NCBI GenBank assembly: GCA_963775315.1
Contig: CAVZIN010000003.1
Coordinates: 72,011 to 136,010, forward strand
Reading direction: 5' to 3'
Origin: an uncultured Alphaproteobacteria bacterium
GTDB lineage: Bacteria > Pseudomonadota > Alphaproteobacteria > MPNO01 > DASWLB01
Length of the DNA stretch: 64,000 nt
The notes beneath the pieces were generated by a model. That model was given only the letters and a program-made list of their open reading frames with translations, searched no databases and had not been told where the DNA came from. Position numbers and translations under genes: made by a program. Shown here in pieces: positions 9,588 to 17,703 of the stretch; position 1 is the stretch's first letter; every line of letters starts with the position of its first letter.

Positions 9588-9657
9588 CGGTCGGTGCGGA
9601 CCTTGGGGCCACACGCTTCTTCTTGCCGCGATGGCGCCCGCTCGACGTCACCCGATG
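9588..9657 (-). repeat. Conserved intergenic element, copy 2 (5' leader of the decarboxylase/ATP-grasp operon, overlapping the SDR 3' end)
   Basis: 'CGGTCGGTGCGGACCTTGGGGCCACACGCTTCTTCTTGCCGCGATGGCGCCCGCTCGACGTCACCCGATG'. The hairpin survives between copies through a compensating change (G-U wobble). Confidence 0.6.
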
Positions 9658-10301
9658 CTGACGTACCAGGCGCCGTTCATGTGGATGGTCTCGCCGGTGA
9701 TGTAGCGCCCGTTCGGCCCGACCAGGAAGCGCACCATCGCCGCCACCTCCTCCGCCGTGCCGGCGCGCCCCACCGGGATCGGCTTCTCGCGGAAATGCGC
9801 CGACATGCCGCCGGGCTCGGAGGGCCGCTCGAGATGGCCGGGCGCGATACAGTTGACGGTGACGCCCTGGGGCGCGAGCTCGACCGCGAGGGCGCCGGTG
9901 AAGCCGGCGAGCCCCGCTTTCGCCGCGGCGACCGCCGTGCGGTTCTTCACGCCGGCGTGACCCGAGACGCCGCCGATATTGACGATGGCGCCCGTGCCGT
10001 GGGCGAGGAGGTGGGGCAGCGCCGCGCGGGTGCAGAGGAAGGCCGCGTCGACGGTGGAAGCCTGCACCTCGCGCCACTCGGCGAACGAGGTCTCGCCGAT
10101 CGGCTTCGCGACGCGGTTGGAGATGTTGTTGACCAGCACGTCGAGCCGACCGAACGCCTCGGCCGCGGCGGCGACGAGCCCCTCCGCCGCCTCCGGCACG
10201 GTGAGGTCGGCGAGGTGCACGATGGCCTTGCCGCCCCTGGCCCGCACCTCGTCCGCCACCGCCTCGGCCGCTTCGCGCGACGTGCGCGCGTTGATCGCCA
10301 C
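9648..10301 (-). CDS. Short-chain dehydrogenase/reductase (SDR) family oxidoreductase
   Basis: SDR catalytic region (NNISN..., 'SGHAGVKNRTAVAAAKAGLAGF' with YxxxK-like S-K, 'PGHLERP'). Coordinates follow the track's GTG start. The Rossmann motif 'LTRELEGRAAIVTGSAQNLGRT' is encoded in frame upstream (to 10400) with no ATG/GTG/TTG, so the real N-terminus probably starts at a CTG at 10400 overlapping the upstream TGA, or the gene is damaged. Confidence 0.7.
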   Translation of the reverse strand: MAINARTSREAAEAVADEVRARGGKAIVHLADLTVPEAAEGLVAAAAEAFGRLDVLVNNISNRVAKPIGETSFAEWREVQASTVDAAFLCTRAALPHLLAHGTGAIVNIGGVSGHAGVKNRTAVAAAKAGLAGFTGALAVELAPQGVTVNCIAPGHLERPSEPGGMSAHFREKPIPVGRAGTAEEVAAMVRFLVGPNGRYITGETIHMNGAWYVSIG

Positions 10302-10396
10302 CGAGGCGCCCGCGTCGGCCAGAGCCAGCGCGATCGTCCGGCCGAGATTCTGCGCGCTGCCGGTGACGATGGCGGCGCGGCCCTCGAGCTCGCGCG

Positions 10397-10903
10397 TCAG
10401 GCCGCCACCTCGTACTTGTCGCGCCGCATCCCCGCCAGGTTGATTCCCTCGATGCGGATCAGCCGGGTGGTGGATTCGCGCCGCGGCGAATGCAGGTCAC
10501 CCTCGTTGTAGACATGTGCGACTCCGGGGGTGAGGTCGTAGGTCCGCACCTTCGCGACCTTGCCTGGCCCGCCGCTCGCCGGCTTGGCGACGCAGCGCCA
10601 GTCGGTCATCTCGGTCACGCCTGCGGCCTGGCCGTAGATCGCCCAGCTCGGCCCGTGGTCGTGCGGGTTCGACCCGCGCGCGCCCTTGAACACGTGCGCC
10701 AGGATGCAGAAATGCAGGTCCGGATCCTCGTACAGGATCTTCCGCTCGTCCTCATTGTCGGGGCCGAGATAGGCGGCGACGAACTCGGGGTCGGCGCAGG
10801 CCTTCTCGACGTACCTGCGCACCTCCTCGCGTCCGGCCGGGCCGGGATCCTTCAAGAGCGCCTTGCGGCAATCTTGCGAGAACTGTTCCAGCGTGTAGCT
10901 CAT
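10397..10903 (-). CDS. Cupin thiol dioxygenase, cysteine-dioxygenase type I family (CDO/MDO-like)
   Basis: 'YEDPDLHFCILAHVFKGARGSNPHDHGPSWAIYGQAAG...PGVAHVYNEGDLHSP' matches the CDO 3-His cupin pattern (HDH...H). ATG at 10903 ('MSYTLEQ') has a GGAGGA SD 7 nt upstream. The track ORF's longer N-terminus is unlikely to be real. Confidence 0.8.
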   Translation of the reverse strand: MSYTLEQFSQDCRKALLKDPGPAGREEVRRYVEKACADPEFVAAYLGPDNEDERKILYEDPDLHFCILAHVFKGARGSNPHDHGPSWAIYGQAAGVTEMTDWRCVAKPASGGPGKVAKVRTYDLTPGVAHVYNEGDLHSPRRESTTRLIRIEGINLAGMRRDKYEVAA

Positions 10904-11058
10904 CGCGCTCCTCCGTCGCTTCGCATGGGCGGCAACGGCCGGAAGTCTAGCACCATCGGGCGCCTCGAACACAAGCGTGGATCGGCCGGAGCCTGGTCAC
11001 GGAACCCGCCGCCCGACAGCTCCGTTCGCCCATCGTATCGATGGCGAGGGAGAGGATC

Positions 11059-11349
11059 ATGGCCAGCCACGAGGCGCAGACGACGACCGACCACCAGACG
11101 ATCCGGCGCTGGGCCGAGGCGCGCGGCGGCAAGCCGGCGGCGGTTTCCGCGACGCACAAGGGCGACGACGCGGGCATCCTGCGGATCGATTTCGACGCGC
11201 CGGAGGAAGGGCTCGAGCCCATTTCCTGGGATGCGTTCTTCGAGAAGTTCGAGGAGAGCCGGCTCGCCCTCCTCTATCAGGACAAGACCCAGTCGGGCGA
11301 GACCAGCCGCTTCTTCAAGCTCGTCCGCCGCGACGACGCCAGCCATTAG
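11059..11349 (+). CDS. Small conserved hypothetical protein (~96 aa)
   Basis: ATG at 11059 is preceded by GGGAGAGGA. The composition is not Arg/Ala-biased: 'MASHEAQTTTDHQTIRRWAEARGGKPAAVSATHKGDDAGILRIDFDAPEEGLEPISWDAFFEKFEESRLALLYQDK...'. It converges on the MTase gene, and their stop codons overlap (TTAG). Confidence 0.55.
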   Translation: MASHEAQTTTDHQTIRRWAEARGGKPAAVSATHKGDDAGILRIDFDAPEEGLEPISWDAFFEKFEESRLALLYQDKTQSGETSRFFKLVRRDDASH

Positions 11350-12158
11350 GCCGGCGTTCGCCGCGTCCCGCCCGACCAGGCGCGGCCGGTGGCGGCGGAC
11401 CATTCCTCGACGCGGCCGAACGGGCGCGCGTCAGGATCGGAGGCACAGACATAGATCTCGTGGCCGGGCCGGGCCAGGATGCGAAAGCCGGCGGCGCGCA
11501 GCATCGCCTCGACGGCCGCCTCGTTGGCCGCCCACCACACCGTGGGGTCGCCCGCGAAGTCGCCCTCGACGAAGCTGAGCCGGGGCCAGCCGGGCGCCGC
11601 CATCGCCTGCCGGGTCTGGAACTCCAGCCGGTCAGGCGCCGGCGCGGAAGTTGGTTCGCCCGGCACCGTCAGGGTTTGGAACACCATCAGCCGCGGCGCG
11701 AGGCGCGCCATTGTGTCGAGCGCCAGCATCGGGTACCGCAGATGGTAGGCGACGCCCATGAAGAACACGAGGTCGTAGCGCGTCCGGCTGCGCGCCAGCG
11801 CGTGGATCTGGCGGCGCTGGAACCGAACCCGGCCGGCGAGCCCCATCCGCCGCGCCGCCCAGCGCGCCTGCTTCAGATAGTGGTCGTCGCAGTCGATGCC
11901 GGTGACGCGCGCGCCGCGCCTGGCCAACTCGAAGGCATAGAACCCGGCGTTGCAACCGATCTCCAGCGCGCGCCAGCCGTCGAGGTCGCCGGGCAGGTGC
12001 GGTGCGATCTCGCGCCATTTCCAGGCGGGGAAGTCGCCGAACGGGTGGTCGGGCCGCGTCTCGCGCCCGTCCGGCAAATGCAGGTTCTGGAACCACGGCC
12101 CCAGCGCGGCGATGGCGTCGCGCTCGACGGGATCGGCCCGGCGCTCGGCCACGGTCAC
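11346..12158 (-). CDS. Class I SAM-dependent methyltransferase (last gene of the glycosylation operon)
   Basis: Motif I 'LEIGCNAGFYAFELARRGARVTGIDCD' with downstream MTase fold motifs. GTG start at 12158 overlaps the upstream TGA (GTGA), and a GGAGG SD sits upstream. The track ORF's long N-terminal extension is Arg/Ala junk. Confidence 0.85.
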   Translation of the reverse strand: MTVAERRADPVERDAIAALGPWFQNLHLPDGRETRPDHPFGDFPAWKWREIAPHLPGDLDGWRALEIGCNAGFYAFELARRGARVTGIDCDDHYLKQARWAARRMGLAGRVRFQRRQIHALARSRTRYDLVFFMGVAYHLRYPMLALDTMARLAPRLMVFQTLTVPGEPTSAPAPDRLEFQTRQAMAAPGWPRLSFVEGDFAGDPTVWWAANEAAVEAMLRAAGFRILARPGHEIYVCASDPDARPFGRVEEWSAATGRAWSGGTRRTPA

Positions 12159-13240
12159 GCCTCCGCGGGGCTCGCGGCCCGGCAGGAAAGCAGCAGCGTC
12201 TCGAGCTCCGCGGCGCGGCAGGCGGCGGTGTGCTCGGCCATTACGCGCCGCCGCGCCGAGTTCGCGATGGCGTTGCGCGTCGTGTCGGGCGTGTCGCGCA
12301 GGATCGCCACCGCCTCGTCGGTGTCGCGCGCGATCAAAATGTCGCGCCCGGGCGTGAAGAACTGATCGATCCCGTCCCACCGGTCGCTGACGATCGGCAC
12401 GCCGCACGCGGCCGCCTCGAACAGCCGCACGCTCGGCGACCAGCCGGCTTCGGTCATCGCTTTCCGCGTGATGTTCAGGGTGAAGCGCTGGGCCGAGTAG
12501 AAGGCGCGGTGCGCGCCGGGCGCGACGTGCTCGATCCGCTCGACGTTCGCCGGCCACTGGATGTCGGCCGGGTATTGCGGGCCGCCGACGACGAAGCGCG
12601 CGTCGGCCATCTCGCCCGCCGGGCCGAGCAGCAGCGCGTCGAGACCCGGCTGGCGGTCGTCGCTGTAGGTACCGAGATAGCCGAGCAGCCAGCGGCGATC
12701 GACGCGCTCCGGGTAATGCAGCTCGGGATCGACGGCGCAGTAGAGCGCCGCAGCGCGCCTGGCGCCGAACCTTCGCTCGATGCGGGCGAGCATCGGACCG
12801 CCGGTGAAGGAGAGGTAGAGATCGAAGCGCGGCACCAGCGCGCGAGAGAGATAGGCGCAGTCGCCGGTCTCCAGCGCCGCCACCGTGATCGGCGTGTCGA
12901 TATCGTAGAATGCGGTTGCCCCGCGCGTCGTATCGCACACCCAGCCCGCCACTGCGATCCCGTCCGGCACGTAGGAGCCGACGATCACCGCGGCCGCCTC
13001 GCGCACCAAGGCCGAGAATCGGTCGCGAAGCTCCTCGGTCGAGCCGTAGAGGTGCGTTCGCCCATAGGGCGGGTCGGGCAGGTCGCGGTTCGCTGCGTAC
13101 CATTCGACATCGCGCTCGAGGAACGTCACCTCGTGGCCGCGCCGGACAAGCTCGCGCACCAGCCCGCGATAGGTGGTCGCGTGCCCGTTGCCCCAGGACG
13201 AGGTGATCGAGAGCCCGCAGATGACGATGCCGAGACTCAT
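12155..13240 (-). CDS. CgeB-like glycosyltransferase (DUF3880 / Glyco_trans_1_2 type), paralog C
   Basis: 'MSLGIVICGLSITSSWGNGHATTYRGLVREL...' N-terminal motif and a C-terminal GT-B half ('FEAAACGVPIVSD'). 361 aa. Its ATG overlaps the upstream stop (ATGA). Confidence 0.85.
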   Translation of the reverse strand: MSLGIVICGLSITSSWGNGHATTYRGLVRELVRRGHEVTFLERDVEWYAANRDLPDPPYGRTHLYGSTEELRDRFSALVREAAAVIVGSYVPDGIAVAGWVCDTTRGATAFYDIDTPITVAALETGDCAYLSRALVPRFDLYLSFTGGPMLARIERRFGARRAAALYCAVDPELHYPERVDRRWLLGYLGTYSDDRQPGLDALLLGPAGEMADARFVVGGPQYPADIQWPANVERIEHVAPGAHRAFYSAQRFTLNITRKAMTEAGWSPSVRLFEAAACGVPIVSDRWDGIDQFFTPGRDILIARDTDEAVAILRDTPDTTRNAIANSARRRVMAEHTAACRAAELETLLLSCRAASPAEA

Positions 13241-14322
13241 TCGGCCGCCGATATTTCGGCCTGGCCGTAGAGCAGCGCCTCGACCAGCGCCGCGCGCTGC
13301 GCATAGGTGTGGTGGGCGAGGACGCGGGCGCGGGCCGCGCGGCCGATCTCGGCGGCGGCCTGCATGGTGGTGCGGCCCAGATGCGCGGCGACGTCGGCGC
13401 CGTGGGCGGCGACCAAAATCTCGCGTCCCGGCTCGAGGAACGTCTCGATCCCCTCCCACGCGTCGGAGATCAGGCAGGCGCCGGCGCCCGCCGCCTCGAA
13501 CACGCGCGTCGCGGGCGAGAAGCCGAACCGGGCCATCAACTCGCGGCTGATGTTGAGGACGCAGCGCGCCGAGCAGTTGATGACGTTGTGGTCGCGGGTG
13601 AAGACGTGGCCGATGGCGCGTACGTTGGGTGGCACCTCGGCGCCCGGCCAGCCGTTCCCGCCCAGAAGAATGCGGTCCTCCGGTCGGCGGCGCGCCGCTT
13701 CGAACAGGAACGCGTCGACCCTCGCCTCGCGATCGGGCAGCCTGTTGCCGACGAAGGCGAGGTCGGCGGCGAAGCTTACCGACGGCGGAACCGGATGGTG
13801 CGTTTCTGGATCGACGGCGTTGTAGATCGGCGTGCAGGCGCGCGCGCCGAGCGCCCGATAGGCGCGGCATACCGGCTCGCCGCCGCCATAGGTCAGCACC
13901 CGGTCGAAGCGCGGGATCAACGAGCGCAGCCGGTCGTTCGGATCCGCCGCGATGGATTCCAGCGTCGCCGGCGCATCGACGTCCCAGAAGATGGCGGCCC
14001 GGTGCGGGACGCGTAGCGCGACCACCGCTGCCTCCAGCTCGGCGTCGAGCACGCCGACACCCGATGCCTTCACCACCACGTCCGCCGATGTCGCCTCGTC
14101 GAGCGCGCGTTCCATCCCGTCCGCGGTCGGCGCGTAGACCACGACGCGCGCCCAATCCGGGTCGGGCATGTCGCGATGGGCCTGACGTTCGAACGCGTCG
14201 GGCTCGTAGAACGCGATCTCGTGTCCGCGCGTGGCCAGCGCCTTCAGAAGGCCGCGATAGTAGGTGGCGGCGCCGTTCCAGTAAGCGGAGACGAGGCTCG
14301 ATCCGAAGAACGCAATCCGCAT
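13237..14322 (-). CDS. CgeB-like glycosyltransferase, paralog B
   Basis: 'MRIAFFGSSLVSAYWNGAATYYRGLLKAL...FEAAGAGACLISD'. 361 aa, with an ATGA overlap to the upstream gene. Confidence 0.85.
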   Translation of the reverse strand: MRIAFFGSSLVSAYWNGAATYYRGLLKALATRGHEIAFYEPDAFERQAHRDMPDPDWARVVVYAPTADGMERALDEATSADVVVKASGVGVLDAELEAAVVALRVPHRAAIFWDVDAPATLESIAADPNDRLRSLIPRFDRVLTYGGGEPVCRAYRALGARACTPIYNAVDPETHHPVPPSVSFAADLAFVGNRLPDREARVDAFLFEAARRRPEDRILLGGNGWPGAEVPPNVRAIGHVFTRDHNVINCSARCVLNISRELMARFGFSPATRVFEAAGAGACLISDAWEGIETFLEPGREILVAAHGADVAAHLGRTTMQAAAEIGRAARARVLAHHTYAQRAALVEALLYGQAEISAAE

Positions 14323-15461
14323 CAGACGAGGCTCCCGGCAAGTACGGGCCGTGGTTCCGGCGCGCGCCCCAGCGCATTGAGAATGTCCATCAGCTCGTCC
14401 ACCCGGTGCGCGCACGTATGGCGCGCGCGGATGGTGCGAAGGCCGTTGGCGGCGAGCTGCGCCGCGAGCGCGTCGTCGGACGCGACGGCCTTGAGGTGCG
14501 CGGTCATTTCCGCGCCGTCGCGCGCGCGGAGATAGTCTTCGTGACCGAACAGCCCCTCGGCGTCGTCCCACGGCGCGGACACCAGCGGAATGCCGCAGGC
14601 CAGCGCCTCGAACATGCGGATGGTGGGGATGCCGGGCAGGGCGCGGGCGTAGGGCCGGCGCGGCACGTGCACCGTTACCCGGTGCGCGGCGAAGGCGTCG
14701 GGCACGCGATGGTTGGCGATCCAGCCTTCGTAGCCGATGCCGTGGTGGCGCAGCAGCTCGCGCGCGTGGCGCGGGTACCGCACGCCATGCACGCGTGCGG
14801 GCAGGCCCAGCGCATGCGCCGGCTCGACCAGGAAGGTGCGCAGCTCGCGGCTCCGCTCGCCGTCGCCCCAATTGCCGATCCAAATCAGACCGGCGCGCGC
14901 TTCCGGCTTCGGCGCGCCGGCGGGATCGGGGCGGAACACCGCCGTGTCGGCGGCCTCGTGCCAGGTCCAGGCGCGGCGGCCCCAGCCGCGAGCGCGGTAG
15001 GCCTCCGCCAGCACCGCGCCGAAGGCGAGCACGCCGTCGTAATCCTCGATGCCCATGGCGTCGAGCTCGTCCGGCGCCGTGAGGGCACGGTGGTGGGTGT
15101 CGTGGAACAGCAGGCGGAAGCGGCCGCCCGCGGCGCGTCGCCGCCCGATCGCCCGTGCCAGCGCGGGGTCGGTCCATTCGTGCACGATCACAAGCTCGGC
15201 GCCGTCGAGCGCGGCGTCGAGTTCGAGCGTCTCCGAGTCGTAGAGCCACGGGCGGAGATGGGGAAAGCGCAGCTCGACATCGGCAAGCGCCGCCGGACCC
15301 TGTTCCGCCAGCAGGTGCGTCCGGCTCCACCCGTCCTCCGGCTCGAACACCGCGAGATCGTGGCCGCGCCGCATCAGCTCGCCCGCGATGCCGCGCATGA
15401 AGTGGGCGTTGCCGTGGTTCCAGTCCGAGAGGATGGAATGGCAGAAGAGCGCGATCTTCAC
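14322..15461 (-). CDS. CgeB-like glycosyltransferase, paralog A
   Basis: '(V)KIALFCHSILSDWNHGNAHFMRGIAGEL...FEALACGIPLVSA'. 379 aa, GTG start with a GTGA overlap to the upstream gene. Confidence 0.85.
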   Translation of the reverse strand: MKIALFCHSILSDWNHGNAHFMRGIAGELMRRGHDLAVFEPEDGWSRTHLLAEQGPAALADVELRFPHLRPWLYDSETLELDAALDGAELVIVHEWTDPALARAIGRRRAAGGRFRLLFHDTHHRALTAPDELDAMGIEDYDGVLAFGAVLAEAYRARGWGRRAWTWHEAADTAVFRPDPAGAPKPEARAGLIWIGNWGDGERSRELRTFLVEPAHALGLPARVHGVRYPRHARELLRHHGIGYEGWIANHRVPDAFAAHRVTVHVPRRPYARALPGIPTIRMFEALACGIPLVSAPWDDAEGLFGHEDYLRARDGAEMTAHLKAVASDDALAAQLAANGLRTIRARHTCAHRVDELMDILNALGRAPEPRPVLAGSLV

Positions 15462-16591
15462 AGCGCGGGCTCCAGCCGCCGGGTACGGGCGCGCCCGCCG
15501 GTCAACGCCGCGTACGCGTCGCAATAGAGATCGACCATGCGTGGCGCCGAGAAGCGCCGCGCATGCAGCCGGGCGGCCTCGCCCAGCGCGCGGCAGCCAT
15601 CCTCGTCCGCCATCAGCCCGGAGAGGGCGCGGGCCAGGAGATCGGGCCGGGCTGGATCGACGAACATGGCCGCGCCGTCCCACAGCTCGCGGAGCGTTGG
15701 GATGTCGCCGAGCACCAGCGCCGCGCCCGCCATGGCCGCTTCGAGCACCGCCAGCCCGAACGGCTCGTAGCGCGCGGGGTGTGCGAAGATCGCCGCCTCG
15801 CCGAGCCAGCGCGCAAGTTCAGGCTCCGCGAGCCTCCCGAGCCAGGTGACGCTGTCCGGCGGCACGTCCCCTCCGCCGCCGTCGGGCGCGGCGACGTCGC
15901 CCGCCACCAGCACCGGCCAGGGCAGGTCGCATCCGGCCTCGGCCATTGCGCGGACGTTCTTCGCCTCGTCCCACAGGCGTCCGCAGCCGAACACGCAGCG
16001 CCGCTTCGGCAAGGGCGGGAAGCGCCGCCCGTCGCGCCCGTTCGGGATGACGGCACACCGTCCCGGTGCGCCGTAGATCGCCGCGATCTCGGCGAGGAAC
16101 GCGCGCGTCGGCGCGACCAGCAGCCCGGCGGCGGCAATTCCCTCGGCAACGCGGCTCCGGTAGATGTCCCATTCCGCTGGCGCGTCGCACCCGCGGCAGG
16201 CACGCCACCACGAGGCGACGCAGGAATGGGCCACCGCGACGGTCGGCGCGCGCCAGCCCAGCGCCGCATGAGCGTACCCGTTGAGATGCACCAGGTCGGG
16301 CCGCACGCGCCGCTCGAGCGCGAGCAGCCATTCGCCCTGGCGGAGCACGTCGCATTCGGCGCCCGGCATCCATTCGAGCCGCCCGCCCAGTGTCTCGACC
16401 ACGAGGCGCGGGATCGACTGCGCCTCGGCGCGCTGCGCCGCGCTGGGTGCCGGGCCGAGCGCGCAGAGCGTCACCTCGGTGCCTCGGGCGGCGAGGCCCC
16501 GCGCCAGCTCGATCGCGTAGGTCCAGACGCCGCCGACCGCGTCGGTGGTCATCAGCACGCGCCGCGGCGCATCGGCGACGGACGGCCTCAT
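15458..16591 (-). CDS. Family 4 (GT-B, RfaB-like) glycosyltransferase
   Basis: GT4-type C-terminal domain ('EPFGLAVLEAAMAGAALVLGDIP'). 377 aa, with an ATGA overlap to the upstream gene. Confidence 0.85.
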   Translation of the reverse strand: MRPSVADAPRRVLMTTDAVGGVWTYAIELARGLAARGTEVTLCALGPAPSAAQRAEAQSIPRLVVETLGGRLEWMPGAECDVLRQGEWLLALERRVRPDLVHLNGYAHAALGWRAPTVAVAHSCVASWWRACRGCDAPAEWDIYRSRVAEGIAAAGLLVAPTRAFLAEIAAIYGAPGRCAVIPNGRDGRRFPPLPKRRCVFGCGRLWDEAKNVRAMAEAGCDLPWPVLVAGDVAAPDGGGGDVPPDSVTWLGRLAEPELARWLGEAAIFAHPARYEPFGLAVLEAAMAGAALVLGDIPTLRELWDGAAMFVDPARPDLLARALSGLMADEDGCRALGEAARLHARRFSAPRMVDLYCDAYAALTGGRARTRRLEPAL

Positions 16592-17703
16592 GGCGCAGCG
16601 CGCTCCAAATCGGCGAGCGGCGCCGGCGCCTCGTCCTGAATGTCGCTAAAGGCGCCGAACCGGTCGCGATAGTAGTCGACCGCCCGCTCCCAGGCCCGCG
16701 CGTCGGGCTCGCCCCAGAGCCGCCGGTAGTCGGGCGTGCCGGGATAGGGGAACAGCGGCACCGGGTCGTTGGCCCAGATGCCATGGGCCCGCACCCGCTC
16801 GCGCCAAGCGGCGACCTCGCGCGAATCGTCCTCCGGCGTCAGGATCAGGTTCGCCTGCACGAAGGGCACGTGGCGCTTCGCCTCGATCAGCAGGCCGGTC
16901 AGCGCCTCGGTGTCCACGCGGCAGTCCTTGGACAGCCAGTCACGGCCGGCTTCGGTCAGGCTCTCGACGCCGGCCTCGATCGAGACGCACCCGGCGCGGC
17001 CGAGCAGCGCGATCGTGTCCGGCTTCCAGAGATCGAGCCGCGTCTGCACGCCGAACTTCAGCCCGCGCCCGACCAGCGCCTCCAGCAGCGGCCGGTTCGG
17101 CAAAAAGATTTCGTCGACGAAATAGACGTACTCGACGCCCTGGTTCTGCAGGCGCGCGATCTCGGCGTCGGTCCAGGCGAGCGGCGGCAAATCGACGAAT
17201 TTCGTCGCGCGCGGCCCGCCGCGCCGCCGGATCCGCCCGTCGCGCTTGAAGCAGATGCCTTGCACCTCGGCGTCGCCGCGGGCCAGCTCGGCCAGCGTCT
17301 CCTCGCACTCGCCCATCACCACGATGTCGGCGCCGAGCTTCGCGAGGGCCGGTTCGGGCGTGGTCGAGCCGTGCGGCCCGACGGCGACGGTGAGGCCGGC
17401 GACGTCGCGCACCGCCGCCAGCGTCGCCTGCGGCACGCGCAGCTCGGGCGGTGGGCAGCGCCAGAACAGATAGGTCGGTGCAGTGGTGACGACGGTCATT
17501 TCCGGCCGGAAGGTGGCGAGGCGGCGGGCGAGGGCGGCACCGTCGAGCCCTTCGGCATGGGCGTCGATCAGGGCGACCTCGTGGCCGTCGCGCTGCAGCA
17601 AGGCGCGGGCGCAGCCGAGCTCGAGCGGCAGATGGCGCTCGCGGCAGCCGAAATAGATGCTGCGCGCGAAGGTCCAGTCGGGATTGACCAGCGCGATCCT
17701 CAT
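16588..17703 (-). CDS. B12-binding-like / radical-SAM-like TIM-barrel protein lacking the CxxxCxxC motif
   Basis: N-terminal Rossmann-like B12-binding-type domain ('MRIALVNPDW...IVVMGECEE'), followed by radical-SAM-fold motifs ('YFVDEIF', 'GCVSIEAGVESL', 'LILTPEDD...LFPYPGTPDY'). No Cys triad is present. 371 aa, with an ATGA overlap to the upstream gene. Confidence 0.75.
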   Translation of the reverse strand: MRIALVNPDWTFARSIYFGCRERHLPLELGCARALLQRDGHEVALIDAHAEGLDGAALARRLATFRPEMTVVTTAPTYLFWRCPPPELRVPQATLAAVRDVAGLTVAVGPHGSTTPEPALAKLGADIVVMGECEETLAELARGDAEVQGICFKRDGRIRRRGGPRATKFVDLPPLAWTDAEIARLQNQGVEYVYFVDEIFLPNRPLLEALVGRGLKFGVQTRLDLWKPDTIALLGRAGCVSIEAGVESLTEAGRDWLSKDCRVDTEALTGLLIEAKRHVPFVQANLILTPEDDSREVAAWRERVRAHGIWANDPVPLFPYPGTPDYRRLWGEPDARAWERAVDYYRDRFGAFSDIQDEAPAPLADLERAAP

